Assembly: GCA_964473925.1 (NCBI GenBank)
Contig: CAYYVW010000001.1
Span: 162,155-226,154 of the forward strand
Source: an uncultured Verrucomicrobiaceae bacterium
Lineage (GTDB): Bacteria > Verrucomicrobiota > Verrucomicrobiia > Methylacidiphilales > CAYYVW01
Length of the DNA: 64,000 bases
Direction of reading: 5' to 3'
The position numbers and the translations under genes are program-made. Numbering within the stretch: the first letter of the stretch is position 1; every line of letters begins with the position of its first letter. This document shows, piece by piece, positions 8,023 through 17,784 of this stretch. Below the pieces are notes generated by a model. It saw only the letters and a list, made by a program, of their open reading frames with translations. It was not told the origin of the DNA and searched no databases.

Positions 8023-8097
8023 GGGTTGTTAGCTCAATGGTAGAGCAGGTGCCTTTTAAGCACTTGGTTGTAGGTTCGAATCCTACACAACCCACCA
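8023..8097 (+). tRNA. tRNA-Lys (anticodon UUU), CCA encoded
   Basis: Acceptor GGGTTGT/ACAACCC; D-arm GCTC-AATGGTA-GAGC; anticodon loop CU-UUU-AA; T-arm GTAGG-TTCGAAT-CCTAC; 3' ACCA. Confidence 0.9.
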
Positions 8098-8105
8098 GCT
8101 CTTTT

Positions 8106-9122
8106 CTATTCGTTAAAGAGCTTGTGAAACACGCTCAAGGGGAAGCGTGAGCCCGGGCACTCCGTCCCGCGCGTTTTCATTTCGCGGTGGCCGAATACTT
8201 CCGGCGCAGGCGAGCCGCAGCGCTCCTGCAGGTGTGTGACGAGCTCAATCGCCGCGGCCATTTGCTTGGCGCTGGGCGCGCGCTCGTTGAAGTTCCCGAC
8301 AAAGCAGATGCCGATCGAGATGGGGTTGAGCGCCTCGTTGGCGACGTGCCCGCCTTTGATCTGCCGCCGCCATCGATTGCCGACTTCGATCTCGCCGTCG
8401 CCCGAATCGTTTCCGTTGCCGATGACAAAGTGGTAGGCCAGCCCGTTCTCCATGTGCCGGACGTTCTTGTGGTAATACTCGAAGATCTTCGCGTCGCCGC
8501 TCGGCGTTCCGCTGTGATGCAGAACTATGTATTTCCACCGGCCTTTGACCACGCGCGGCGCATCAATCTCCCGCAGCAACGCGCGCGTTAAAAAGCGGTA
8601 GGCCGGCTTCTCGTCATCCTCTTCCTTTTTGTTTTTCTTTTTTGGAGAGTCCGGCTCTTTTTTCGTTAGCTTCTCTGACGGCTCGGGAGGATTGCGTGAC
8701 GGCGCAGCGCGACCCGGTTCGGGTACGGTGGTGAGTTTTTCCGCGGAAGAACCCTTGGTGTGCTTGGGGAGTCGGAGCTTTTGTCCGACGATGATATGGT
8801 TGCCGCGCAAGCCGTTCACTTTTTTGAGCGCCTCCACACTCACCCCATACTTGCGGCCGATCGCGCTGAGCGTTTCTCCCTTGGCGACGCGGTGAATCTG
8901 CTCCTGAGAAGCAGGAGCTGCAGCCTTCTTCTCACCTACCTTTTTCTTCGACGCCGATGCGTCCCCCGGGTGCGTCACGTACTGCGCCCGGACGACCGCA
9001 GCTTGAAAAAACGAGAGCCCAAGTCCAGCTATGAGAATTAGAACTGCCAGTCGCAATCGCACGCGCGCCACCTTATCTAAACCGCTCCGCATTGCCAGCC
9101 CGGACGCCCATCCCACGATCAA
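8106..9122 (-). CDS. LysM-domain N-acetylmuramoyl-L-alanine amidase (Amidase_2/PGRP type), membrane-anchored
   Basis: N-terminal TM (LAVLILIAGLGLSFF). LysM (HRVAKGETLSAIGRKYGVSVEALKKVNGLRGNHIIVGQKLRLP). Amidase_2 (YIVLHHSGT...YHFVIGNG...IGICFVGNF...VFGHRE...ECPG). Confidence 0.85.
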   Translation of the reverse strand: MIVGWASGLAMRSGLDKVARVRLRLAVLILIAGLGLSFFQAAVVRAQYVTHPGDASASKKKVGEKKAAAPASQEQIHRVAKGETLSAIGRKYGVSVEALKKVNGLRGNHIIVGQKLRLPKHTKGSSAEKLTTVPEPGRAAPSRNPPEPSEKLTKKEPDSPKKKNKKEEDDEKPAYRFLTRALLREIDAPRVVKGRWKYIVLHHSGTPSGDAKIFEYYHKNVRHMENGLAYHFVIGNGNDSGDGEIEVGNRWRRQIKGGHVANEALNPISIGICFVGNFNERAPSAKQMAAAIELVTHLQERCGSPAPEVFGHREMKTRGTECPGSRFPLSVFHKLFNE

Positions 9123-9205
9123 CCATTCCGCAAGCCGGCAAATCTTAACAAATGTTTATGCGCGGCAGGTTGAAGGAAGCGGGTCGCTGCGGTACCTTTA
9201 CTCAG

Positions 9206-9961
9206 ATGAGCAATCCCCTGGCAGCAGATCGGCAATTTGCTTATCTGGATGGTGAATTGTTCATTCTTCCGCGAAATGACCAGGACACGCGCTGTGGCAA
9301 TGTGGATGCGGTCGAAACTATAGCTGAATTGGCTGCCCGGGCTGGTTTGAGTCGTCAGGTATTGGAACCGGAAGAAAAGATAGATTTAGCAAAAAAACTC
9401 GGAGATGCCCTGTACATCCACAGCGCATGGACCATGCCTGATATGGATCAAATTCCTCCACCGAACATTCGGCCGCAGATAGTCACTCGAGAGAGGGTCA
9501 CTGTGCATAATGGAGGAGTGGGCTACCATCCGGTGCCGTTGAAGGAACCCCCTCCCGATGGTCGGCGACCAAACCGAGTTGCTTCAAACGATCTCGCGGG
9601 CTTCCGAAGAGCCATGGCCAATCTGCAAGCAGCTTGGGACGTCCTGCCTGAATCGGGTCCGCCAGAAAGCGAAAGCACCCGAGATTTTGTCAGAAAAGAG
9701 ATCGCCGGCCGCCTCAGTCGCTACGGACAAGAAGAGGCTGCGCTTGTCGTGGCTCCCGTCCTCGAACATGTACTTGGCATGAATTACATTCCACCGACCA
9801 CTCCGCTGCCTGCAGGCAAATCTGCCGAAAGCGTGCGGTATCGCTTTACCACCGATGCACCTGGTGCGGATTCCGCTCCCGCTCTCCGGCAGCCGCTGCC
9901 GCCGCTTGCGCTGCTTGATCCGCCGCGGACTTCGGTAGCCGATGGGGCGCTTCGTCTATAG
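9206..9961 (+). CDS. Hypothetical protein
   Basis: ORF track (9152..9961). I prefer the ATG at 9206 (MSNPLAADRQF). No family recognised. Confidence 0.4.
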   Translation: MSNPLAADRQFAYLDGELFILPRNDQDTRCGNVDAVETIAELAARAGLSRQVLEPEEKIDLAKKLGDALYIHSAWTMPDMDQIPPPNIRPQIVTRERVTVHNGGVGYHPVPLKEPPPDGRRPNRVASNDLAGFRRAMANLQAAWDVLPESGPPESESTRDFVRKEIAGRLSRYGQEEAALVVAPVLEHVLGMNYIPPTTPLPAGKSAESVRYRFTTDAPGADSAPALRQPLPPLALLDPPRTSVADGALRL

Positions 9962-10005
9962 CTACACTTGCCAACACCATCCGCGAGCGTTAGAAGCATG
10001 GGCCG

Positions 10006-10749
10006 GTGAGACACACCACACGTAACTCGGGCCGCCTACTGGTCCTCCAGCAGATGCGGGATTCGAGCGCCGGCTTATTGCAAGAGGCCGCAGACCAAGC
10101 CGGCATTTTTCTGGAAAGCATCTTCCTAGGGGACGTCCCCTGCCCGCGCTCGGCACGGGAATGGGACGGCGTCATCGCGCTCGGCGGGCGGATGAATTGT
10201 CTGCAGGAGGCGGAGTATCCGTTTCTTGTAGAGGAAAAGGCGCTGCTGCACTCCATCCTCACGGATCAAACACCTTTTCTGGGCATCTGCCTGGGTGCGC
10301 AGCTCCTGGCTATATGCGCAGGCGGCCGGGTGGAGCTGGGCTGCTGCCCGCAGCATGGGGACTACCCGCTCACGTTCACGGAAGCCGGGCAGCACGATCC
10401 GCTCTTTGCCGGGTTTCCCACTCAAATCCAAGCCTTTGAATCACACAGCGACTGCATCGCCGATATCGGCTCGGGCATCGCGCTCTCCGAGCCGTTCCAA
10501 GGATGCCATCAAGCATTTCGGGTGGGCCCGTGCGCGTACGGGCTGCAATTTCACCCCGAGCCGACCGAGTGCATGGCGCGAGCGTGGCTTGAGAAAGACT
10601 TTGCGGACGCGCCCGATAAAGCCGACCACGCTGCCGCCGCGCACGAGGCCCGCGCGGCCGAGCATCGCCAGCGCGCGCTCCTGCTGTTTAAGAACTTCTG
10701 CAAGATTGCAGGAATTCCGGCGGACCACCTGGCGGCGCCTCAAAGATAA
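10006..10749 (+). CDS. Class-I glutamine amidotransferase-like protein
   Basis: Nucleophile elbow FLGICLGAQLLA, followed by ...GLQFHPE... (His-Glu of the triad). Confidence 0.8.
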   Translation: MRHTTRNSGRLLVLQQMRDSSAGLLQEAADQAGIFLESIFLGDVPCPRSAREWDGVIALGGRMNCLQEAEYPFLVEEKALLHSILTDQTPFLGICLGAQLLAICAGGRVELGCCPQHGDYPLTFTEAGQHDPLFAGFPTQIQAFESHSDCIADIGSGIALSEPFQGCHQAFRVGPCAYGLQFHPEPTECMARAWLEKDFADAPDKADHAAAAHEARAAEHRQRALLLFKNFCKIAGIPADHLAAPQR

Positions 10750-11292
10750 AACCTGCAAATTTTAGGTAGACGTTCCGCCCTCGCTGCGGTACTTGTCATT
10801 CAACATCAGGAAATCCGGCTCGAAGGGGCGGGGTTGCCAACCGGGTTGTAAGAGAAGCCACGGTGGCCACGCAAGCGGCGAAAGTCTTTTGCGGATGTGC
10901 GGGAAAAACCCGAACTAAGTTCTCTTGGGTAAGGCGCCTTGAGCGCTCGAGCCCATTCCTGGTGTGTCATCCATAAGGAGACATACCACAATGAGCAACA
11001 CAGCAAAATCCACTCCGCGCGCATCGCTCGGGGCTTCATCCAGCACCCCCTCAGTCGGAGGCATTGCGGTTCCAGAGGCAAACAGTCCTCTCGGCCCTCT
11101 CGGTGAGGCTCTGACACAAGTTATCCATCTTCGGGGCACCCATCCCGATCATCGGGATCTCCGCCGCCTTCTTGCCGAAGTTGAACGGCTTCGGCGAGCG
11201 GGAGAGGGGGTGGGCGAAAAATTGGTTTAACGGCCTAGCCGAGACTTCGCTTTAGCTCCCGCCAAAGTCCTATCCTCGGCGGCGGCTAAAAC

Positions 11293-11312
11293 TTTGTGAA
11301 AAATTTCACAAA
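11293..11312. promoter_or_regulatory. CRP/FNR-family type binding site (TGTGA-N6-TCACA) upstream of nuoB
   Basis: Perfect 20-bp palindrome TTTGTGAAAAATTTCACAAA, 30 nt upstream of the nuoB ATG. The core matches the textbook CRP half-sites exactly. Confidence 0.5.
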
Positions 11313-11341
11313 TTGCCCTTGCTTGCGCTCTTAGCGGCATT

Positions 11342-11953
11342 ATGCTGTCGGGTGTTATGATCCACGGGCGGCCGGCGGAGTTTCAGCCTCGTGCGCACGA
11401 GCTGGGCTACAACTCAAAAGTCGAGGGCAATATCGTCCTGACGACGCTTGAGTCCGCCGTCAATTGGATGCGTAAAAACTCCCTTTGGCCTATGCCGATG
11501 GGGCTGGCCTGCTGCGCGATTGAGCTGATGGCGGCGGCCTCCGCCAAGTTCGACATTGCCCGCTTTGGCGCCGAGGTGATGCGCTTCTCGCCCCGGCAGT
11601 CGGATTTGCTCATCGTCGCAGGGACCGTCACCTACAAAATGGCGCTGGCCACCAAACGCATCTACGACCAAATGCCCGACCCCAAGTGGGTCATCGCCAT
11701 GGGCGCATGCGCGAGCACCGGTGGCATGTACCGCAGCTATGCCGTCCTGCAGGGGATCGACCGCCTGCTGCCGGTGGATGTCTATATTTCCGGCTGTCCG
11801 CCGCGGCCCGAGGCGCTGCTCGAGGGTCTCATGCGTCTGCAGACCAAAATCATGACCGAGCCGTCGCTGCGCCAGCTCAAGCAAAAGCCCGAGGCTCCCC
11901 TCACCCCCGCTGCTGTGGCCCAAATTCCTTCGCTAGCACAAACTGCTGCTTAA
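11342..11953 (+). CDS. nuoB: NADH-quinone oxidoreductase subunit B
   Basis: N2 cluster ligands [28 protein letters not shown]. Start uncertain (alternative Met at 11357). Confidence 0.9.
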   Translation: MLSGVMIHGRPAEFQPRAHELGYNSKVEGNIVLTTLESAVNWMRKNSLWPMPMGLACCAIELMAAASAKFDIARFGAEVMRFSPRQSDLLIVAGTVTYKMALATKRIYDQMPDPKWVIAMGACASTGGMYRSYAVLQGIDRLLPVDVYISGCPPRPEALLEGLMRLQTKIMTEPSLRQLKQKPEAPLTPAAVAQIPSLAQTAA

Positions 11954-11959
11954 CTTCCG

Positions 11960-12547
11960 ATGAGCTCCGTATCTCCCACGACTGTTCTGAATGAGCTCAC
12001 GCGCACGCTCGGCGCAGATCTGCTCGGCACAGTCGAGTTCCGTGGCGAAACGACGCTGCATCTGCGTCCCGAAGCATTGGTCCGCGCGGCGCAGGCGCTC
12101 AAAGCTGCCGGCTACACGTTCCTGGTGGATATCACCAGCATCGATCATTACGGCGAAGAGCTGCGGTACGAAATCGCATACGAGTTTTACAACTTCACCC
12201 AACGTACGCATCTGCGGCTGAAGATCGCGCTGTCGGAAAATGCTCCCCAGGCCCCTTCCCTCGCCGCGCTCTATCCGACGGCCGACTGGCACGAGCGGGA
12301 AATTTTCGACATGATGGGGATCACCTTCACTGGCCACCCCGATCTGCGGCGCATCCTGATGTGGCCGGGCTATCCGTATTATCCGCTGCGCAAAGATTTC
12401 CCGCTGGAGGGCAAGCCGTCCGATATGCCGGGCGAGGCGTTTAGCGAGATCGCACCGCTCGAAGGCGGCCCGTTTGTCACCTCGCCTTCGGATGCGCTCG
12501 TCATGGATAAAGAACCCCGTGCGCGTCGGCCGATGGGAAGCTCTTAA
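11960..12547 (+). CDS. nuoC: NADH-quinone oxidoreductase subunit C
   Basis: WHEREIFDMMGITFTGHPDLRRILM is the 30-kDa subunit signature. Confidence 0.9.
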   Translation: MSSVSPTTVLNELTRTLGADLLGTVEFRGETTLHLRPEALVRAAQALKAAGYTFLVDITSIDHYGEELRYEIAYEFYNFTQRTHLRLKIALSENAPQAPSLAALYPTADWHEREIFDMMGITFTGHPDLRRILMWPGYPYYPLRKDFPLEGKPSDMPGEAFSEIAPLEGGPFVTSPSDALVMDKEPRARRPMGSS

Positions 12548-12559
12548 TTTTTTACGAAC

Positions 12560-13795
12560 ATGAGCACTTCCACCCTCCTCGAGCATCCAGACGCGGCGGC
12601 GCGCACGGGGATCGGCTCCGGTGAAATGGCCGGCGAGCGGATGGTGCTCAACATGGGGCCGTCGCATCCGTCGACCCACGGCGTGCTGCGCATTTTGCTT
12701 GAGCTCGACGGCGAGATCATTACGCGCGCCGAGCCAGATATCGGCTACCTCCACCGTGGCGACGAGAAAATCGCCGAGAACATGACCTACAATCAGTTCG
12801 TCCCGTACACCGATCGGCTCGACTACCTGGCGCCGCTCGCCAACAACGTGGCGTACGCGTGTGCGGTAGAAAAACTGATGGGCTGGCAGATCCCCCCGCG
12901 CGGCGGCGCCATCCGCGTCATCTGCTGCGAACTTGCACGCATCTCCGCGCACCTTCTCGGCCTCGGCGCGATGGGCCTGGATCTGGGCGCGATGACGATC
13001 TTCCTCTACACGTTCACCGAGCGCGAAAAAATTTATGACCTGTGCGAGAAGCTCACCGGCGCGCGCTTCACGACCAGCTACACCCGCATCGGCGGGATGA
13101 CGCGCGACCTGCCCCCCGGCTTCATCGAGCAGGCCCGCGCATTCGTCCAACAGTTCAAGCCCAAGATCGAAGAGATCGACGGGCTCCTGACGCGCAATCC
13201 GATCTTCATCAACCGCAACAAAGAGATCGGCGTCATCTCTGCGGAAGATGCCGTTGCGTATGGCCTGACCGGTCCCAACCTCCGCGGCAGCGGCGTCGAT
13301 TACGATGTCCGACGGGCGAATCCTTATCTCGGGTATGAGCAGTACCAGTTTGAAGTCCCAGTTGGCACGACCGGCGATTGCTTTGACCGCTACCTTGTTC
13401 GCTTGGAAGAACTGCGCCAAAGCTGCCGCATCCTCGAGCAGGTGCTGACAAGCGTCCCCAGCGGCCCGTACTTTGTCACCGATTTCAAAGAGTACCTCCC
13501 TCCGAAAGAGACGGTCCTCACCAAGATGGAAGAGCTCATCCACCATTTCATCCGCGTCACCGAAGGGATCAACGCGCCGCCGGGCGAGGTCTACTTCGGC
13601 GCGGAGAACCCGAAGGGTGAGCTCGGCTTTTTCATCCACAGCAAGGGCGGTGGTGTTCCGTACCGGCTGAAGATCCGCGCGCCTTCCTTCGTCGCCCTCA
13701 GCATCCTGCCCAAACTGCTGCCTGGCCACATGGTTAGCGATGTGCCTGCCATTCTCGGCAGTTTGGATTTTGTCATGGGAGAATGCGATCGATGA
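12560..13795 (+). CDS. nuoD: NADH-quinone oxidoreductase subunit D
   Basis: MVLNMGPSHPSTHGVLR, YLHRGDEK, and C-terminal LDFVMGECDR. Confidence 0.95.
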   Translation: MSTSTLLEHPDAAARTGIGSGEMAGERMVLNMGPSHPSTHGVLRILLELDGEIITRAEPDIGYLHRGDEKIAENMTYNQFVPYTDRLDYLAPLANNVAYACAVEKLMGWQIPPRGGAIRVICCELARISAHLLGLGAMGLDLGAMTIFLYTFTEREKIYDLCEKLTGARFTTSYTRIGGMTRDLPPGFIEQARAFVQQFKPKIEEIDGLLTRNPIFINRNKEIGVISAEDAVAYGLTGPNLRGSGVDYDVRRANPYLGYEQYQFEVPVGTTGDCFDRYLVRLEELRQSCRILEQVLTSVPSGPYFVTDFKEYLPPKETVLTKMEELIHHFIRVTEGINAPPGEVYFGAENPKGELGFFIHSKGGGVPYRLKIRAPSFVALSILPKLLPGHMVSDVPAILGSLDFVMGECDR

Positions 13796-15681
13796 GCGCT
13801 ACCCATACCACGTGCGCCTCCGCACTCTCAGCCGAATTCATTGCGCAAACGGATGCCATTGTCGCGCGCTACCCGGCATCGCTTCGCAGCGCGAGCCTGC
13901 CGCTCTTACATCACTGGCAAGAGGCCTTCGGGTGTGTCGGCGAGGACGGCGTGGAATGGATCGCCGGCCGTTTACAGCTCGAGCCCATTCAAATCCTGGA
14001 GCTCGTCACGTTCTACCCCATGCTCCGGCAGCATCCTGCTGGCCGAGTCCAGTTCAAGGTGTGCCGCACTCTTTCGTGCCAAATGCGTGGCAGCGCGGCG
14101 CTGGCCGATCAGCTCAAGGCTCGCTGTGGCATTGCGCAGGAAGATCCACATGGCCTCGCCGTTAGCGAAGATGGCAAGTTCTCCGTCGAATTTGTCGAGT
14201 GTCTGGCCGCGTGCCATAACGCACCGGTCGTCTTAGTCAACGAAGCGTTCCACAAAAACGTCACGCCAGAACGCGCGGCCGAGCTCGCCGATAAAGCGCG
14301 CACCAATCCGACGGCTGATTTCCTGGGAGATGCGCCCATCGCTCGTCCCACGCATCCGCTCGAGCATCGCCTCATCCTGAAAAGCGTCGATACGTCCGGC
14401 TACACCGTAGATCTCGACTGCTACCTGCGCCATGGCGGCTATGAGCAGCTCAAGAAAGCGCTTGGCATGGCGCCGGAGGCGATTGTGACCGAGGTCAAAA
14501 CATCCGGCCTGCGCGGCCGCGGCGGCGCGGGCTTCTCCTGCGGGGTGAAATGGGGCTTCATCGATCACGCCAAAAACACCAAGCCCGTCTATCTCATCTG
14601 CAACGCGGACGAATCCGAGCCGGGCACCTTCAAGGATCGGCAGATCATCTACAAAGATCCGCATCAGCTCCTCGAAGGGATGATCATCTCCGCCTTCGCC
14701 AACCGGGCGCACTTGGCCTACATCTACATCCGCGGCGAGTTTGTCGAAGGGGCTAAAATCCTCGAACGCGCGTTGGCCGAAGCGCGAAAGCAAAATTTTC
14801 TAGGTAAAAATATTCTCGGAACCGGCTATGATCTTGAGATCTACGTCCACCGCGGCGCCGGCGCGTACATCTGCGGGGAAGAGACGGGACTGATCGAATC
14901 GCTCGAAGGCAAGCGCGCCTATCCGCGCATCAAGCCGCCCTATTTTCCGGCGGTGCTCGGCCTCTACCAATGCCCGACGATCGTCAATAACGTGGAGACG
15001 CTCTGCGCCGTCAAACACATCATCGAGCTCGGCGGCGCGTCGTACGCCAAGCTCGGCCGGCCCGGCAACACCGGCACGCGCATCCTGTGCGTGAGCGGCG
15101 ACGTGCAGCAACCGGGCTATTACGAGATTGAAGTCGGCGCTGTCACGCTTGGTCAGCTCGTACATGAAATGTGCGGCGGCCCCCTCGCCGGCCGCAAAAT
15201 CAAGGCGATCATCCCGGGCGGCTCATCGGCGAAGGTTCTCGCGGCGCATGAGCGCTTTCGGTGGAAGGTAAAGCAGGCGGACGGCTCTGCGACCGATCAC
15301 GAGGGCAGCTGGGAAGATCTTCCGCTAGATTTTGATGCGCTCGCAGCAGCGGGTTCAATGGCAGGTTCGGGCGGCGTCATCATCCTGGACGACTCGCGCG
15401 ATATGGTTGCGGCGCTTGAGAACATCGCCGCGTTCTACGCGCATGAATCGTGCGGCCAATGCACGCCGTGTCGCGAAGGCTCGCTCTGGATGCACAAGGT
15501 GTTGCGCCGGATGACGTCCGGCGAAGGCCGCGGCGCTCAGGATGCCAAGCTCCTTCATAACATCGCCGATAACATCGCGGGCCGCACGATCTGCGCGTTC
15601 GGCGAAGCGTGCGCTTGGCCGGTGCAAAGTTTCACAGAAAAATTTCCGGAAGAATTCGCTGCAAAGAGCTCCGCCAAATAA
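13792..15681 (+). CDS. nuoEF: Fused NADH-quinone oxidoreductase subunits E and F
   Basis: The N-terminal ~170 aa are NuoE (CRTLSC...ECLAACHNAP 2Fe-2S ligands). The remainder is NuoF (GLRGRGGAGFSCGVKW, ADESEPGTFKD, ESCGQCTPCREG). The ATG at 13792 overlaps the nuoD stop (ATGA). Confidence 0.9.
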   Translation: MSATHTTCASALSAEFIAQTDAIVARYPASLRSASLPLLHHWQEAFGCVGEDGVEWIAGRLQLEPIQILELVTFYPMLRQHPAGRVQFKVCRTLSCQMRGSAALADQLKARCGIAQEDPHGLAVSEDGKFSVEFVECLAACHNAPVVLVNEAFHKNVTPERAAELADKARTNPTADFLGDAPIARPTHPLEHRLILKSVDTSGYTVDLDCYLRHGGYEQLKKALGMAPEAIVTEVKTSGLRGRGGAGFSCGVKWGFIDHAKNTKPVYLICNADESEPGTFKDRQIIYKDPHQLLEGMIISAFANRAHLAYIYIRGEFVEGAKILERALAEARKQNFLGKNILGTGYDLEIYVHRGAGAYICGEETGLIESLEGKRAYPRIKPPYFPAVLGLYQCPTIVNNVETLCAVKHIIELGGASYAKLGRPGNTGTRILCVSGDVQQPGYYEIEVGAVTLGQLVHEMCGGPLAGRKIKAIIPGGSSAKVLAAHERFRWKVKQADGSATDHEGSWEDLPLDFDALAAAGSMAGSGGVIILDDSRDMVAALENIAAFYAHESCGQCTPCREGSLWMHKVLRRMTSGEGRGAQDAKLLHNIADNIAGRTICAFGEACAWPVQSFTEKFPEEFAAKSSAK

Positions 15682-15685
15682 TTCT

Positions 15686-17389
15686 ATGTCCTGCTCCTGT
15701 TCTGGTTTAGTTAAAAATCCGCACAACCACGACGCACCGTCTGCGGATGCGCCGCTGGTCAATGTGCAGATTGATGGCCAGTGGGTGCAAGTGCCCAAGG
15801 GCCTGAATGTCATCGAGGCAGCGCGCCGTCACGGCAAGTTCATCCCGCACTATTGCTACCACCCCAAGCTTTCCGTGCCTGGCAACTGCCGCATGTGCCT
15901 GGTCGAGCTCGGCAGTCCCAAGATGGACGCCAACCGCCAGCCCGTCCTCGGCCAAGATGGCAAGCCCGAGATCGCATGGAATCCCCGGCCGCAAATCAGC
16001 TGTGCCGCCACCGCTACCGAAGGAATGGCGGTGCGTACCGGCTCGCCCCTCGTCGAGGAATGCCGCAAGGGCGTGCTCGAGTTTTTACTCATCAACCATC
16101 CGCTCGACTGTCCCATTTGTGACGAGGCGGGCGAATGCCGACTGCAAGAATTCTCCGTGCAATACGGCAATGCGGGCAGCCGGTTCGTCGAGGAGAAAGT
16201 TCACAAACCCAAGGCAGTCGACCTCGGCAAAAAAATCGTGCTCGATGACGAGCGCTGCATCCTCTGCTCGCGCTGCATCCGCTTCACCGACGAATTCGCG
16301 CACGACCCGGTCCTGGGCTTCACCGAGCGCGGCAGCCACACCACCCTTACCGCACATCCGGGCCAGCGGTTTGATAACGAGTATTCGCTCAACACGGTCG
16401 ATATTTGCCCAGTCGGTGCACTCACGAGCAAAGATTTCCGCTTTCAAATGCGCGTCTGGTTTCTCAAAGAGACCAAAAGCCTCTGCACCGGATGCTCAAC
16501 CGGCTGCAACGTGACGATCGGCAGTCGCGAAGGAAAAGTCTATCGCCTGACTCCGCGCATCAACGAGAGCGTCAATTCGCACTGGATGTGTGATACCGGC
16601 CGCCTCGGCTTTCACTACCTGCAGGATGCTCGGCGCATCACCCAGCCGCAGGCCCGGGTTGGCTCCACACTGCTGCCGATCGAATGGTCACAGGCGTTCA
16701 CGCAAATCCGGGAGCGCTTGCAAAACGTCCAGCCCGCGCAAATCGGTATCCTTCTTTCTGCGCGCATGACCAATGAGGAGATCTTCCTCGCTGCCGAACT
16801 GCGCCGTGCACTTAGTCAGGGAGACGCACAGGCCGTCACGACTGCCCTCGTTCCTCGCCCCACACAAGCGGATGGCCTCCTCCGTGGTGATGATCTCAAC
16901 CCCAACACCGCCGGAGCAGCGCTCCTGGGTTTCGATGTCAACCAATCCGCTCTTGAAAAACTGACCGGCGCCGCAGCGTCGGGCAAACTGCAAGCCTTGC
17001 TCGTCTTCCATGAAGATGCACGGGCGGCCGGCATCCCTCTAGCGGCGCTGCAGCAAATTCCGCTGCACATTCATTGCGGTTTGCTCGAAAACGGCTCGAG
17101 CGTCCACGCGCACTATCTCCTGCCAGGCGCCGGCTTCGCTGAAAAACGCGGCACCATGATTAATCGCGGTGGGCGACTGCAACGCCTTCAGCAAGCCATC
17201 ACCACTCCAGGCAGCGCGCGGGATGACTTGGAGATCCTCCTCGCTCTCCTCCATGCCTTCAATGCGCACACCGACTTGCGCGACTTTGATTCCATCTTTG
17301 CCGCCATGACCGCTGCTACGCCTGCCCTCGCCGGCCTCACCTGGGGCAAGATTGGGGAGCAGGGCATTGACTTGCCTAGTCAGAGTTGA
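15686..17389 (+). CDS. nuoG: NADH-quinone oxidoreductase subunit G
   Basis: CYHPKLSVPGNCRMCLVE (2Fe-2S), HPLDCPICDEAGECRLQ and CILCSRCIRF (4Fe-4S). The ATG at 15686 is preferred over the overlapping track start at 15542. Confidence 0.9.
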   Translation: MSCSCSGLVKNPHNHDAPSADAPLVNVQIDGQWVQVPKGLNVIEAARRHGKFIPHYCYHPKLSVPGNCRMCLVELGSPKMDANRQPVLGQDGKPEIAWNPRPQISCAATATEGMAVRTGSPLVEECRKGVLEFLLINHPLDCPICDEAGECRLQEFSVQYGNAGSRFVEEKVHKPKAVDLGKKIVLDDERCILCSRCIRFTDEFAHDPVLGFTERGSHTTLTAHPGQRFDNEYSLNTVDICPVGALTSKDFRFQMRVWFLKETKSLCTGCSTGCNVTIGSREGKVYRLTPRINESVNSHWMCDTGRLGFHYLQDARRITQPQARVGSTLLPIEWSQAFTQIRERLQNVQPAQIGILLSARMTNEEIFLAAELRRALSQGDAQAVTTALVPRPTQADGLLRGDDLNPNTAGAALLGFDVNQSALEKLTGAAASGKLQALLVFHEDARAAGIPLAALQQIPLHIHCGLLENGSSVHAHYLLPGAGFAEKRGTMINRGGRLQRLQQAITTPGSARDDLEILLALLHAFNAHTDLRDFDSIFAAMTAATPALAGLTWGKIGEQGIDLPSQS

Positions 17390-17422
17390 CAAATCACCCG
17401 CGCAGGAGGATAGCTTGAAAGT

Positions 17423-17728
17423 ATGAGCCACGTTCTTCGTCATGCTTGTAGACCCTGTTGCAGTATTCACGAAAAAATTCATTTCTTAAGAAGAGGGCTC
17501 AGCAGCGCCATAAATGTCGCGATGCTAGCCGGCGGATTGGCAACTGTTTACTCGCTCGCTACCCGCGAGACGCCTCCTACCCCAGATCCCCAAGCAACGT
17601 CGGCTCCCGTTCCTGCCGCCCGCTCGAACACACTTTGCATTCGCAACCCTCGCACTAGCGAGTGTCAGCCGGTCGATCAATTGCGTGCAACTCCTCGTCG
17701 GCAACCCTCCCTCTCGCCTGCTCTTTAA
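17423..17728 (+). CDS. Small single-pass membrane protein (basic N-terminus, TM, Pro/Thr linker, Cys pair)
   Basis: TM AINVAMLAGGLATVYSLA, then TPPTPDPQATSAPVP, then C-x9-C. TTGACA at 17386..17391 upstream. Confidence 0.35.
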   Translation: MSHVLRHACRPCCSIHEKIHFLRRGLSSAINVAMLAGGLATVYSLATRETPPTPDPQATSAPVPAARSNTLCIRNPRTSECQPVDQLRATPRRQPSLSPAL

Positions 17729-17784
17729 AACAGCTCCAGAACCCAGGTTGACAAATTCTTCCGCATGCGGGAAGTATCCCAATT

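Noticed and set aside
8097-8125. Hairpin AGCTCTTT-N10-AAAGAGCT just after tRNA-Lys, as a possible bidirectional terminator
   Set aside because: It has only an 8-bp AT-rich stem and no T-run. Its right arm is inside the last codons of the amidase gene. It is too weak to call.
10806-11230. Competing small ORFs: 10964..11230 (+, possible start at 10991 after an AAGGAG), 10806..11117 (-) and 10915..11139 (-)
   Set aside because: The three frames are mutually exclusive and none has a recognisable domain. I cannot decide which is real, if any, so none is reported as a feature.
11933-13729. 598-aa ORF on the minus strand, the longest 'hypothetical' in the nuo region
   Set aside because: It is antisense to nuoC/nuoD, whose + strand products carry unmistakable conserved motifs. 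Its translation is Arg/Ala/Gly/Asp-rich and has no recognisable domain. This is a typical stop-poor antisense frame in GC-rich coding DNA.
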